Shown here in pieces: positions 23,214 to 34,689 of a DNA stretch of 64,000 bases. Numbering within the stretch: position 1 is the first letter of the stretch; each line of letters begins with the position of its first letter. This stretch comes from Macrostomum lignano (Eukaryota): positions 124,001-188,000 of the forward strand of contig NIVC01001141.1 of assembly GCA_002269645.1 (NCBI GenBank). The letters are read 5' to 3'. A program made the position numbers and the translations under genes. The notes beneath the pieces are model-generated. The model was not told the DNA's origin, did not search any database, and saw only the letters and a program-made list of their open reading frames with translations.

Positions 23214-26200
23214 TCACACAGCACCCTCAGCCTTGCCCTGGTGCAGGCTCACGTAGTAGTCGTGAAAGTACATGATGATGGCGAGAGGCTGTCCGATGAT
23301 GAGGCTGAGCCACACCGCCATGTTGCCGAGCTGACCGCCTCGGAGAACCCGACTGACGAACATGGCGAACGGAACCTGCGGGTGGGGAGTGACCTGCTCA
23401 GCTGCCCATCTGCAGGAGTGACCTGCTCAGCTGCCCATCTGCAGGAGTGACCTGCTCAGCTGCCCATCTGCAGGAGTGACCAGCAGTGGGATCGGTGGGA
23501 CTAGTACACTGGGACCAGCACACTGGGATCAGAACTGAGATCAGTAGGACCAGCACACTGGGACCAGCACACTGGGACCAGCACACTGGGACCAGCACAC
23601 TGGGACCAGCACACTGGGACCAGCACACTGGGACCAGCACACTGGGACCAGCACACTGGGACCAGCACACTGGGACCAGCACACTGGGACCAGCACACTG
23701 GGACCAGCACACTGGGACCAGCACACTGGGACCAGCACACTGGGACCAGCACACTGGGACCAGCACACTTGGACCAATACAGGGATCAGTGGGACTTGTA
23801 CACTGGGACCAGCAGTGGGATCGGTGGGACTAGTACACTGGGACCAGCACAGGAATCAGTGAGACTAGTACACTGGGACCAGCGGTGGGATCGGTGGGAC
23901 CAGCACATTGGGACCAGCACAGGGATCAGCCCTGTCCCGCGCACCTGCATAATCATGGCCAGGAAAGCCCAGAGCCGGAACATGCGCAGCGGCACGGATA
24001 CCAGCAGCTCGTGGAAGAAGGCGGACACGGCGAAGACCACAACAGAGGCCAGCAGCTTGTTGAAGCCCCAGCGGTGGATCAGCGGAGTGAAGATGTGCCG
24101 CTTGGCAAAGCGGTGAACGGGCACATTCCAGAGCGTCCAGAACTCGGTGACGCTCTCGCTGTTCCACCAGTCCTTGTAGAAGTTGCGGTCGCCAAACAGC
24201 GTCAGCTCCCCGGCCACGTTCAGCGCGGAGTGGAAGAACACGTAGAAGAAGATCAGCCAGATGAGGTGGTTGGGGATGGCCAGCTTCAGCAGCCGCTCCA
24301 GCACCACCGGCCATTCCGAGGCCTGCAGCGGCTTCACGGAGTTGTTCAGGATCGGAATGATCCACTGCTGCGTCAGGCCCGCCATCACCTGCGGATGCGA
24401 GGCGTAGCTGGCCTGCTGACACTGCGTGACTGGCATCTGATCTGACTGCATAGCTGTGCCTGACTCATCTGATCTGACTGCATAGCTGTGCCTGACTCAT
24501 CTGATCTGACACTGCATAGCTGTGCCTGACTCATCTGATCTGACTGCATAGCTGTGCCTGACTCATCTGATCTGACTGCATAGCTGTGCCTGACTCATCT
24601 GATCTGACACTGCATAGCTGTGCCTGACTCATCTGATCTGACACTGCATAGCTGTGCCTGATTCATCTGATCTGACACTGCATAGCTGTGCCTGACTCAT
24701 CTGATCTGACACTGCATAGCTGTGCCTGACTCATCTGATCTGACACTGCATAGCTGTGCCTGACTCATCTGATCTGACACTGCATAGCTGTGCCTGACTC
24801 ATCTGATTTAATCTGACACTACGAAAGCGACTGCACAATTGTGCCTGACTTGACTGACACTGAGTGACACCGACTCATTTGATCTGACATTGCGCGACTG
24901 AGTGACTTATGTGGTCTGACACTGCATTGCTGACACCTGCTGCCCGGCTTACCTGCGGCAGGAACACGAGTTCCAGACATCGCTTGACCAAGAATCGCTT
25001 CCGAATTCGCATCAGCCTGGGAAAGTTGAGCTCATAGCAGAGAGTCGGCGTCATCATGAAGTAGTACAGGTTGCCCAGAGTCAGGTTCTCCGGGTAGCAC
25101 AGCAGGGAGGACCGGCTGGAGGACCCCCTGGCCAGCCGCAGCCGCTCGCTGCCGCCGTCCCCGTCGGCCCCAGCCTCCGTGAGCACGGAGGCGATGCTCT
25201 TGTTCCGCTTGAGCTCTGAGCGCTTGTTGAGCTGCAGTTGGCGCTCCAGACGGCACCAGGAGTTCATGTCCCGGTAGGACCACAGCTTCAGGAACACGAT
25301 GGAGTAAATGCCCAGGGTTGGCGCGCTGAAGACTGCAAAGAGGGAGGCGAACACGTCTATGACCCCCAGAGCACAGGGCAGGTCTAATACCCCCAGAGCA
25401 CAAGGCAGGTCTAATACCCCCAGAGCACAGGGCAGGTCTAATACCCCCAGAGCACAAGGCAGGTCTAATACCCCCAGAGCACAAGGCAGGTCTAATACCC
25501 CCAGAGCACAAAGCAGGTCTAATACCCCCAGAGCACAAGGCAGGTCTAATACCCCCAGAGCACAAGGCAGGTCTAATACCCCCAAAGCACAAGGCAGGTC
25601 TAATACCCCCAGAGCACAAGGCAGGTCTAATACCCCCAGAGCACAAGGCAGGTCTAATACCCCCAGAGCACAAGGCAGGTCTAATACCCCCAGAGCACAA
25701 GGCAGGTCTAATACCCCCAGAGCACAAGGCAGGTCTAATACCCCCACAGCACAAGGCAGGTCTAATACCCCCAGAGCACAAGGCAGGTCTAATACCCCCA
25801 AAGCACAAGGCAGGTCTAATACCCCCAGAGCACAAGGCAGGTCTAATACCCCCAGAGCACAAGGCAGGTCTAATACCCCCAAAGCACAAGGCAGGTCTAA
25901 TACCCCCAGAGCACAAGGCAGGTCTAATACCCCCAGAGCACAAGGCAGGTCTAATACCCCCAGAGCACAAGGCAGTCTAATACCCCCAGAGCACAAGGCA
26001 GGTCTAATACCCCCAGAGCACAAGGCAGGTCTAAGACCCCACTGCACAAGGCAGATCTAATACCCCAGATCTCAAGGCAGGACTAATACCCCCACAGCAC
26101 AAGGCAGGTCTAAGACCCCACTGCACAAGGCAGGTCTAATACCCCAGATCTCAAGGCAGGACTAATACCCCCACAGCACAAGGCAAGTCTAATACCCCAC

Positions 26201-27625
26201 TGCACAGGGCAGGTCTAATACCCCCACAGCACAAGGCAAGTCTAATACCCACAGCACAGGGCAGGTCTATAGCCCCCAGACAGCCGCAGCTCACATGGAT
26301 TCGGGTGGTCTCTCAGAATGAGGTAGGACGGCACGAGGAGCAGGGCGGCCAGATTGCCCACCTGCAGACAGGAGAGGGCGGGCGACACCAGCCGGAAATT
26401 CTCCGCCAGCAGCTCGAGGCCGAAGGCGATGAAGATGAAGATGTTGCACATGAGCAGCAGGCAGATGCACGGCCACTGGCCAGGCGAGGACAGGAAGATC
26501 TCGATGGGCCTGACCGGGTCCACCAGGATGCCGTACTTGATTATGTTTTCCAGCGCCACCCGGAAGTTCGACACCACCAGCAGGATGAGGCCCAGGTTCA
26601 GCAGGCCGCGGAAGTTGTTGAAGCCGCTCGAAGAGGAGAACGGGCTGTCAACCAGGCTGTGCAACCTGCGAATGTATGGGGAAAATGCAGAGCATATATC
26701 CAATCTGAGCTATTCTATATCCAATCTGACCTATTCTATATCCAATCTGACCTATTCTATATCCAATCTGACCTATTCTATATCCAATCTGACCGATTCT
26801 ACATCCAATCTGACCTATTCTATATCCAATCTGACCGATTCTATATCCAATCTGACCTATTCTATATCCAATCTGACCGATTCTACATCCAATCTGACCT
26901 ATTCTATATCCAATCTGACCTATTCTATATCCAATCTGACCTATTCTATATCCAATCTGACCTATTCTATATCCAATCTGACCGATTCTACATCCAATCT
27001 GACCTATTCTATATCCAATCTGACCTATTCTATATCTAATCTGACCTATTCTATATCCAATCTGACCGATTCTATATCCAATCTGACCTATTCTATATCC
27101 AATCTGACCTATTCTATATCCAATCTGACCTATTCTATATCCAATCTGACCGATTCTACATCCAATCTGACCTATTCTATATCCAATCTGACCGATTCTA
27201 TATCCAATCTGACCTATTCTATATCCAATCTGACCGATTCTATATCCAATCTGACCTATTCTATATCCAATCTGACCGATTTTACATCCAATCTGACCTA
27301 TTCTATATCCAATCTGACCTATTCTATATCCAATCTGACCGATTCTACATCCAATCTGATCCATTATGTTTCAATAGACCGAGATAGGTTATATTTATCC
27401 CAAATATAAATCTGGATGCACCACTCACGGCTTATCGGGCGCCATCTCCTTGATTGCCCGCTCCAGAGTCTCCATGTCCTCCAGGCGGTTCAGGCTGCTG
27501 CTGCGCGGCAGGCGCCGCTTCGACTCGGAGGTCGCCACCGTGGCGCCTTGGTCAGCAAGCGCGGAATCATCTTTGGCGCCACCCTTGGCGCCAATGCCAG
27601 CTGATCGCCTGCGAGCCTCGGACAT
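23214..27625 (-). CDS. DGAT1: Diacylglycerol O-acyltransferase 1 (5 exons: 27429-27625, 26295-26665, 24953-25332, 23945-24388, 23214-23375; 517 aa)
   Basis: SSSSGFNNFRGLLN, ENIIKYGILVDP, FLKLWSY, YPENL..TLCYELNFPR, FGDRNFYKDWWN, WNVPVHRF, SAFFHELL, GNMAVWLSLIIGQP, YFHDYY; all exon phases are compatible. Confidence 0.96.
23385..23930. repeat. 14-bp minisatellite (GGGACCAGCACACT)n plus a short 29-bp repeat, DGAT1 intron 4
   Basis: Visible tandem arrays. Confidence 0.9.
24435..24810. repeat. 32/34-bp minisatellite, DGAT1 intron 3
   Basis: (CTGCATAGCTGTGCCTGACTCATCTGATCTGA[CA])n. Confidence 0.92.
25360..26270. repeat. 27-bp minisatellite, DGAT1 intron 2
   Basis: (AATACCCCCAGAGCACAAGGCAGGTCT)n. 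Confidence 0.95.
26695..27360. repeat. 21-bp minisatellite, DGAT1 intron 1
   Basis: (ATATCCAATCTGACCTATTCT)n. Confidence 0.95.
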
Positions 27626-27734
27626 GGCAGAGTGCTCAGTTACAGAGGCCAGGCCGGCCTGGTCTGGAAGCAGGTTTTAGATAGATTATAATTTTCAATA
27701 TGCGATGCAAAACAATCAAAGCGCTATATTTACT

Positions 27735-28715
27735 GGGAGCACGAGAAATGCCTGCGGACGAATTTCCTGCCGAGATTTGCCCGTCGGGATTTGCCCGCCG
27801 AGCTTTTCCCACAGTGCATTTTGCCCGTGAGCGAATTGCCCACCGAGGTTTGCCCGCAGTGCATTTTTCCTACAGCGCATTTGGCCACGCGCATACATGC
27901 GCAACAGTCGGCCGAGTCGGCCGATCCGGCCGACTGATTTGGTGACCAACCAAGGAAGTCGCAAAAATGCCCACCCGAAAAAATACCTAAGTAGTAGTAC
28001 TAAGTAGCTGACGAGGCATTTTGGGTTAATAAGACAGTCATAGTTACTCCTGCCGTTTACCCAAAGTTGCGTTAATTTTGCTTTAGGCTTTTTTTTACAT
28101 GTAAGTCGCATTTCTGGCCAAAAACTATGTCGCATTTTTGTTAAAACTAAGTCGCACGGCCGACCGAATTTTGGAGGTTGCGCATGTATGGCCACGCGGC
28201 AGATTTTGTCTGCATTGCCTCCCCCAATGCTTAGTAAGTCTTAATAAAGAGATTTACACGATCAAATGTTTTGATGGTAGCTGCATATCAAATGCATATT
28301 AAGTTTTATTATTAATTTTTATTATTAATAATCTACATATTATTCATTTTTTTGGGGGGAGGGGGCATTGCAGACAGAATCTAGCTGCCAAATGCGCTGC
28401 AGGAAAAAAAGCATTGCGGGCAAATCTCCACGGGCAAAATGCACTGCTGGCAAATCTCGGCGGGCAAAATGCACTGCTGGCAAATCTCGGCGGGCAAAGC
28501 TCCACGGGCAAAATGCACTTCTGGCAAATCTTGGTGGGCAAAGCTCCACAGGCAAAATGCACTGCTGGAAAATCTTGGCGGGCAAATCTCCATGGGCAAA
28601 ATGCACTGCTGGCAAATCTTGGCGGGCAAATCTACACGGGCAAAATGCACTGCTGGCAAATCTCGGTGGGCAAAGCTCGGCGGGCAATTCATCTGTGGGC
28701 AATTCTCATGGACCC
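27735..28715. mobile_element. Foldback-type non-autonomous DNA element with long imperfect, internally repetitive inverted arms and a probable 9-bp TSD (ATATTTACT/ATATTTACC)
   Basis: Left arm GGGAGCACGAGAAATGCC.. mirrors right arm ..GGCAATTCTCATGGACCC; TTTGCCC/GGGCAAA subrepeats are inverted between arms. Confidence 0.75.
27892..28190. mobile_element. Second copy of the CATACATGCGCAAC MITE (299 bp), 8-bp TSD GCCACGCG, nested in the foldback element
   Basis: Perfect 14-bp TIRs and TSD; highly similar to 14677-14974. Confidence 0.93.
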
Positions 28716-30899
28716 ATATTTACCATATGCACTATAGCACATTAAAATTAGAAAAAACTAAGCACGAATTATGCCAGATAAAAAGTATGATCTACTAGTT
28801 AAAAAACATTTTCAAGTGGCATGGTAACAAAGTTCATAGAATTCCTAATGACTTCAGAATTATAAGCCATCTTCATCAGATCCAAATGCATTTGGATTCA
28901 TTTGGGGGGGGGGCATTTTCTACACATTTTCTACATATAAAACTGACTATTGCATCTAGTAAGCCATTTGCAACATAGCATTTTCTTTATATGCAAAATT
29001 TTCTTTTTTAGCTTCAAATACTTAATTTTTATCTATTATAGATATAGATATAGCTACTAGCTACATATATAAACTATTAGATGTTGTAGATGTAGAGGTT
29101 TTTAGATAGAACATAATTTAGAAGTATGGTTATAGGAATATTTATTTTTTATGTTTAGTTCTCATACATAGTAAATATTAAAGCTAAAGCTTATCAATAA
29201 TTGAATAACTTTATAACTTTAATAAATTTATAATCCAATAACATTGACTTAAAAGATCATGCAAGCCTACTTGATGCTAACTTAATCTATCAAGTCAAGA
29301 CTACTAATACTAGTAAAAATATTAGTGCTTATAAAAGTCTGTCTAGTAAAAAAGATTTTTTAAAATCTGAAATTTTGATAACATTACTTTATAATGGTAG
29401 GCCAAGTTATTTAGTTGGCTATTATTTCTTATCTTTTCTAAAGAAAAAAAATTGTCTACTTTCTTTTTCAATATAAGGCAAATGCCAACAAGGTCATCTC
29501 CAAAATAAATAGGCCCTAGCAACTAAGATAACAACCCACAGTTGCCTAAATTACTTTGCCTTATACTTAACCTACTCAATTACAATTATTATCTTGGAAA
29601 ATATAAGTTAGGCCTAACCTTTATTATTTTACTATATAAGAAAAACTATAGACAACATCTAAAGCATACTTTTGAAATTTTCTAAAGCGTGCTGCATTCA
29701 AAAGCATGCAATGTCTATCTATGCCTCATGCCTAAACTGCCTTTTCCTGCTAGCTACTGCTCCAGAAAATAAATATATGGCAGTTATAATAAACTTAGTT
29801 TTTTGTTTTTATTTTAGAAAATTTTAATTTTGATTTTGAAGGTTAGCAAATTTCAATATCAACAAAAATTGCTCTTTTCGTCTTTTGGAACATCTCTAAT
29901 AATTTAAAGTGCAATAAAATATTTTGCCTCTATTCTGAAGTATTTATGGATACGAATATTATAAATACTAAAATACTATAATAGCAAAATTGTTATTTTT
30001 ATTTAGTCAATGTATACAACATGCACTTACTTGTACTGGGCTTAAGGTTTAAACTTAAATTTAGCCATAAAAATAGCGAAACTGTTATTTCTATAATTCT
30101 ATAGTCACTGTACAATGTGCATTAGAAACAAAAGGCCTAACTTTTATGGTCATGAGGAGAAATTTCATTTACATTAATAGTTTTTACATTAAGTAATCTA
30201 GCTAAGGTCAGTGACCAAAACGTTGTGTTGCGAGAAGTGCTACACTGACCTAACCTCAGGTGTGATGAACATAATTTATAAGTATTTGAAATTTAAATGT
30301 AGGTTAGGTTTTGATAAACAGGTTTCAATTCTCTCTCTCGAGTCTCTTTGAGTCTTTTTTACATTTTAAGAAATATTTTAATTTTCAAAATAAAAAGAAG
30401 TGTAAAAAATGAAAATATTATCTGTTAAAACAAACAACACACGCGTTGTGCCTAAATTTTAAAATTATTACAACGGTTAACTCATTTAAGAAAAATATCT
30501 ATACTTTAAATAATATTTGCTTATCTACACGACTACTTAAAATACACGATAAATAAATGTAACGTGCAGCGCTCACGTTTACGGTTGCATATTTTTCCTC
30601 TTAACCATAATTTGCATGCAAAGAAGACCTATGTCGCCCTTTTTGTTTTCATCTTGCTAAGCAAAAAGTTACATGATATTTAATTTTTCACATTAAGCAT
30701 TAATTATTCTTTCTGACCGCGACTTTTACATGTGACTCTTACATGTACACTGGGATCCATTAGAAATATACGTCGACTGACTATTTTGAAAAGCAAAGTA
30801 CGCTAATAGTAAAGAATAGCATCAGACAGAGTGCTTATGCCTGAAATCGAGGTGTCCATAGGGACAAAAAAGCTTTTATTACAAATTTTACAAATTTTA

Positions 30900-31317
30900 C
30901 AAATTTTTATACTCCATTTTAATTATGAACATGCACAATTGGTAAAAATTAAGAATACGCTCGTAATTAACTTAAATAACTTAAGAAAAGGAACTCTGAA
31001 AGGAGTTAATATAAACAAAAATCAACGAAAAATAAAATCAATTTTATTGTTGATTAATCGTTCCCATTGTCTTAAATTCAAGGTGTCACGCGAACAAACA
31101 AGTACTACATCTAAATATGACAAAACTCAATATTATTTGCGACGCGTTTCGGCTAAAACTAGCCATCTTCAGGCACTATCGAACAGAATTTATTTCAACT
31201 TATTAAATACTGTGTAGACGACAAAATCAGGTATTGAAAAGATATAAAAGGACTAAAGGATCAATGTACAGTATAGCAATGTTCATAATATTTTTTTGTG
31301 GAATGACAGGACAGAGA

Positions 31318-31379
<62 letters not shown>

Positions 31380-31985
31380 GCGTATGCGCCCCAAATGTAC
31401 TCTAGCTTAGAACACCAACAGCCGTTCACTCGCACCTCCTCCAGATAGTTGGACATTGAGAATGGGTTTGTGTAACTTAATGTGCAGAGCTTCAAGAATG
31501 TTAAGTTTATGCTCATTTTTGCTGTTGTCTATGACCTTGAAATGAGAGGTTATGTCTGGCTCATCACAACAACCATGGCATTGCAGCAAATGTTCCTGAA
31601 TCGGAGAGTTTCGTTGTCTATGTTCCTTGGCTCTCGTGAGTAGGTGTCGCTTGGTTTTACCAATGTAGGTAATGCTCTGGTCAACAGAGCAACGAAAACG
31701 ATAGATGACACCTGCCTTGAGAGCACATGGAACACGAGACTTTAAACTGCCAACGAATTGACTGACTTTATGAGTACGGAACACTACATGAATCTTAGTC
31801 TTAAAGAATTTTTGGCAAGTTTTGCGAATTTGCCTCTTAAACACAATCGAAGAGTTGCCCAAAAACGGAAGAGTCAAGATTGGTTCTCCTGGTTCTCTAT
31901 CTGGCCGTTTAGGTTTAAGCTTTTTTTCAATTTTTTCATCTAAGAAATTACCAATAACCTTCATGATGTAGTTAATAGGGTATCC
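30900..31985 (-). mobile_element. 5'-truncated Penelope-like retroelement (GIY-YIG endonuclease end plus 3' region)
   Basis: ORF 31407-31964: ILTLPFLG, AGVIYRFRCSVDQSITYIGKTKRHLLTRAKEH, LNILEALHIKLHKPILN; hammerhead motif downstream. The 3' boundary is approximate. Confidence 0.9.
31138..31175 (-). ncRNA. Minimal type I hammerhead ribozyme of a Penelope-like element
   Basis: Minus strand: UGC CUGAAGA U GGCUA-GUUU-UAGCC GAAA CGCG UC GCA = 3-bp stem I, core, perfect 5-bp stem II, GAAA, palindromic ACGCGU stem III, GUC cleavage triplet. Confidence 0.88.
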
Positions 31986-32039
31986 ATTGGCAGTGAGAAT
32001 ATTGATAATGTATTAATATATATCAATATTCTCACTGCA

Positions 32040-33110
32040 GTACATCTCGTAATAACATCTCATAAAAACAGCATGCAGTACATCTCGAAAACACATGGTG
32101 GTTTTCGACTGAGAAAATGAATTGTCTATAGTAAGCTAAGTAAGCAGACAAAACAGATACAGTTACATTGAACTGATAAAGCTACAAGCGTAATTAAGAA
32201 ATAAAGTGAAAGAACTGCAGCGAGCAACATTCCCGACATTCCCCCTCGTTGAAGTCCAAAAAACACCAGTCAGTTCGAATAGTGCAGTCACAGTGTTGCA
32301 GATGCTCAAGTGGCTGCTTGCGACCGGGCACTGCGGGAATCGCCGAGGCGGCGTGACTGTCTCGTCAGCGGCGCCCGCTCCTGGACCTTCCTTTGTCACC
32401 TCGGTAACCGGTCCGCTGCTTCGTTTGAGATCTCCGGCGGTGGCACGGGTACTGCCTCCGGCAGCGAGCTCACCAGCAGCTGATCGGTGTACCGTCAGTA
32501 GATGGTAGTTACGGGTTCAGGTGGATACGACAGTGGACTCCGTTCAACAGGTGCCGACTACTGCTCCATCCGCTGTTCCTGGCGCTAATGCATGCTGTCC
32601 ATCAGCAGGTCCAGCCGACTGCGCATCTGGCTGGGTCCGGGGTGACGTAGCGCGGCGTATTACGGTAGGACATCAGCATCTGCAGCAGTGCTGTCGCTGA
32701 GTGACCAATCTTGATCAGGTGTCGTTGACCACTTGGACGGAACTCTCCACCTGGCATTTTTTGGCAGGGTGAAATGGCGCTGAGAGGACGTGGCGGATGA
32801 ATTGCGCCAGGCGAACTCGCTGAAATTCGTGGAGGTGAATTGCGACCAGCATCCGATGGATGTTGAGTCTAGCAAAGACCTTGCAGAATCACTCGATGGT
32901 GGCGATTGACATCATTCTATGCACCTGCTGAACCTCTGGTCACTTGCTGAAGGCTGATACAGGCCTCGCTGTGTGTTGATAGTCGTGCCATATAGTCGTC
33001 CTCGGACAACGGCAGCTGCAGGAAGGCGCTTGACGTGTCCAGCTTGGACCACTTGCAGTCGCAACCCAGCTTGGCAAACAGGTATTCGATGCGCATCAAA
33101 CTCAAACTAC
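32040..33110 (-). mobile_element. Degenerate Ty3/Gypsy LTR retrotransposon remnant (RT and integrase fragments, PPT, 3' LTR start)
   Basis: WSKLDTSSAFLQLPL and, in a shifted frame, TTINTQRGLYQ (RT); SQFTSTNFSEF..IRHVLSAPFHPA (integrase); MRSRLDLL; PPT GAGGGGGAA directly followed by TGT at 32238. Confidence 0.8.
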
Positions 33111-33974
33111 TGTGGCTGTAAACGGCATAGGGAACTACCTGATAATTGCTTTGAAGCATTTCAAACAATATTCGACCTAGAATAAATACGACGCAATGTC
33201 CTAATGAGATCAGTACTACCGTGTTTGGCAACTATGAAATGTGTATTGTGATTCAGCATGCTTCTGTAGGCAGGCAGATCTTGAACCAGAGCCACAATAA
33301 AGCTGTGCTGCTTCACGGAACTCTACTTTTCGACGAGCGGCAGATACTAAATGTGCTGCAAAAAAAGTTTAACGTTCTTTTGGCTATTTTATATTTATCA
33401 ATGTGAAAACTGCAAGTAAGTTGTCGTTCATTCACGATATGTCAGTCTTTTGAAAGTTACGAGTATTTCCAAGCACACCATCGAACAGAGGAGCCCAAAA
33501 ACTTTTTAGACGAGTGAAAGAAGAAGCGAGAAGTAAGGGCGAAAAGGAGCCCTGCTGCTGCCAGCACGCAAACACCTGATGCGGCTTAGGGAGGTTGTCT
33601 GCGACACTGAGGGCTTCATAAACTGGTTTGAGGTATTGGGGGCACAATTTTTAGCTTTTTGGGAAAGGAACTACGCTGAACTGAGTCTCATCAGCTAGTT
33701 GAACTCTGTACAAATATCCAACAGCCAGCTGTCCTTCGTTCAAATCCTCTTACAAAATATTATACAGCTATAACATTATACATAAGACTTCTACCAGCAT
33801 CCATTACTTCCATTTAATACGAAAACATATTCAGAATTATCCGACTCTATCAAAATTGTTTGATTTTGTCTGCTAAATATACTGCTAAGCAATGAATAAA
33901 ATGACCAAACTAGCACATGTAGCTTTGGCGTAACAGATTCTGTCCTATAGTATAACTGACTTTTCTTATGGTAT

Positions 33975-34230
33975 GCTCAGTGAGCTCAGCTGTATGACCG
34001 AATGGGGTACAGCCCCGTGTGAGCTCAGCTGTATGACCAAATGCGGTACAGCCCTGTGTGAGCTCAGCTGTACGATCGAATGGGGTACAGCCCTGTGTGA
34101 GCTCAGCTGTACGATCGAATGGGGTACAGCCCTGTGTGAGCTCAGCTGTATGACCGAATGCGGTACAGCCCCGTGTGAGCTCAGCTCTATGATCGAATGC
34201 GGTACAGCCCCGTGTGAGCTCAGCTCTATG
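33975..34230. repeat. 39-bp minisatellite
   Basis: (GAGCTCAGCTGTATGACCGAATGCGGTACAGCCCCGTGT)n, about 6 units. Confidence 0.9.
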
Positions 34231-34689
34231 GCCGAATCTCCATTTAGGAAGTACCAGATGACTGCAGACAGTACAGCCCCATGCTGCTCATGGGGGGAGG
34301 CTGAAGGCGGTACAACTTTGTAGATGGTCACACAGTAATTCTCTTAATGTATTTATTGTAAACCCATCTGAAGCTGAATATGAGCATACAGTTAGAACAA
34401 AACTAGCAATCTTCGCCCCCCGATGGGGGACATCTGGATAGAATCTCTGTTCTCTACACGGATCAAAAACACATCCAAATAAAGCCTTCACAAAGACAAT
34501 ATACAAACTGCTCAAATGAAGAGCAATGCGAAAAGAAAACATCCCAAGACAGCATGCAAGCATCCCCCCCAGATAGCAAGCACCCCCAGATAGCAAGCAC
34601 CCCCCCCCCCCATAGCAAGCATCCACCAGACAATAAGTATCTAGTGCAACAATTTTCTTAGCTTTATGGTGGCTTCTTTATGATTGGCA

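Noticed and set aside
28800-30800. Long AT-rich stretch as a possible decayed transposon or organellar insert
   Set aside because: No ORF, TIR, tRNA or rRNA motif could be recognised.
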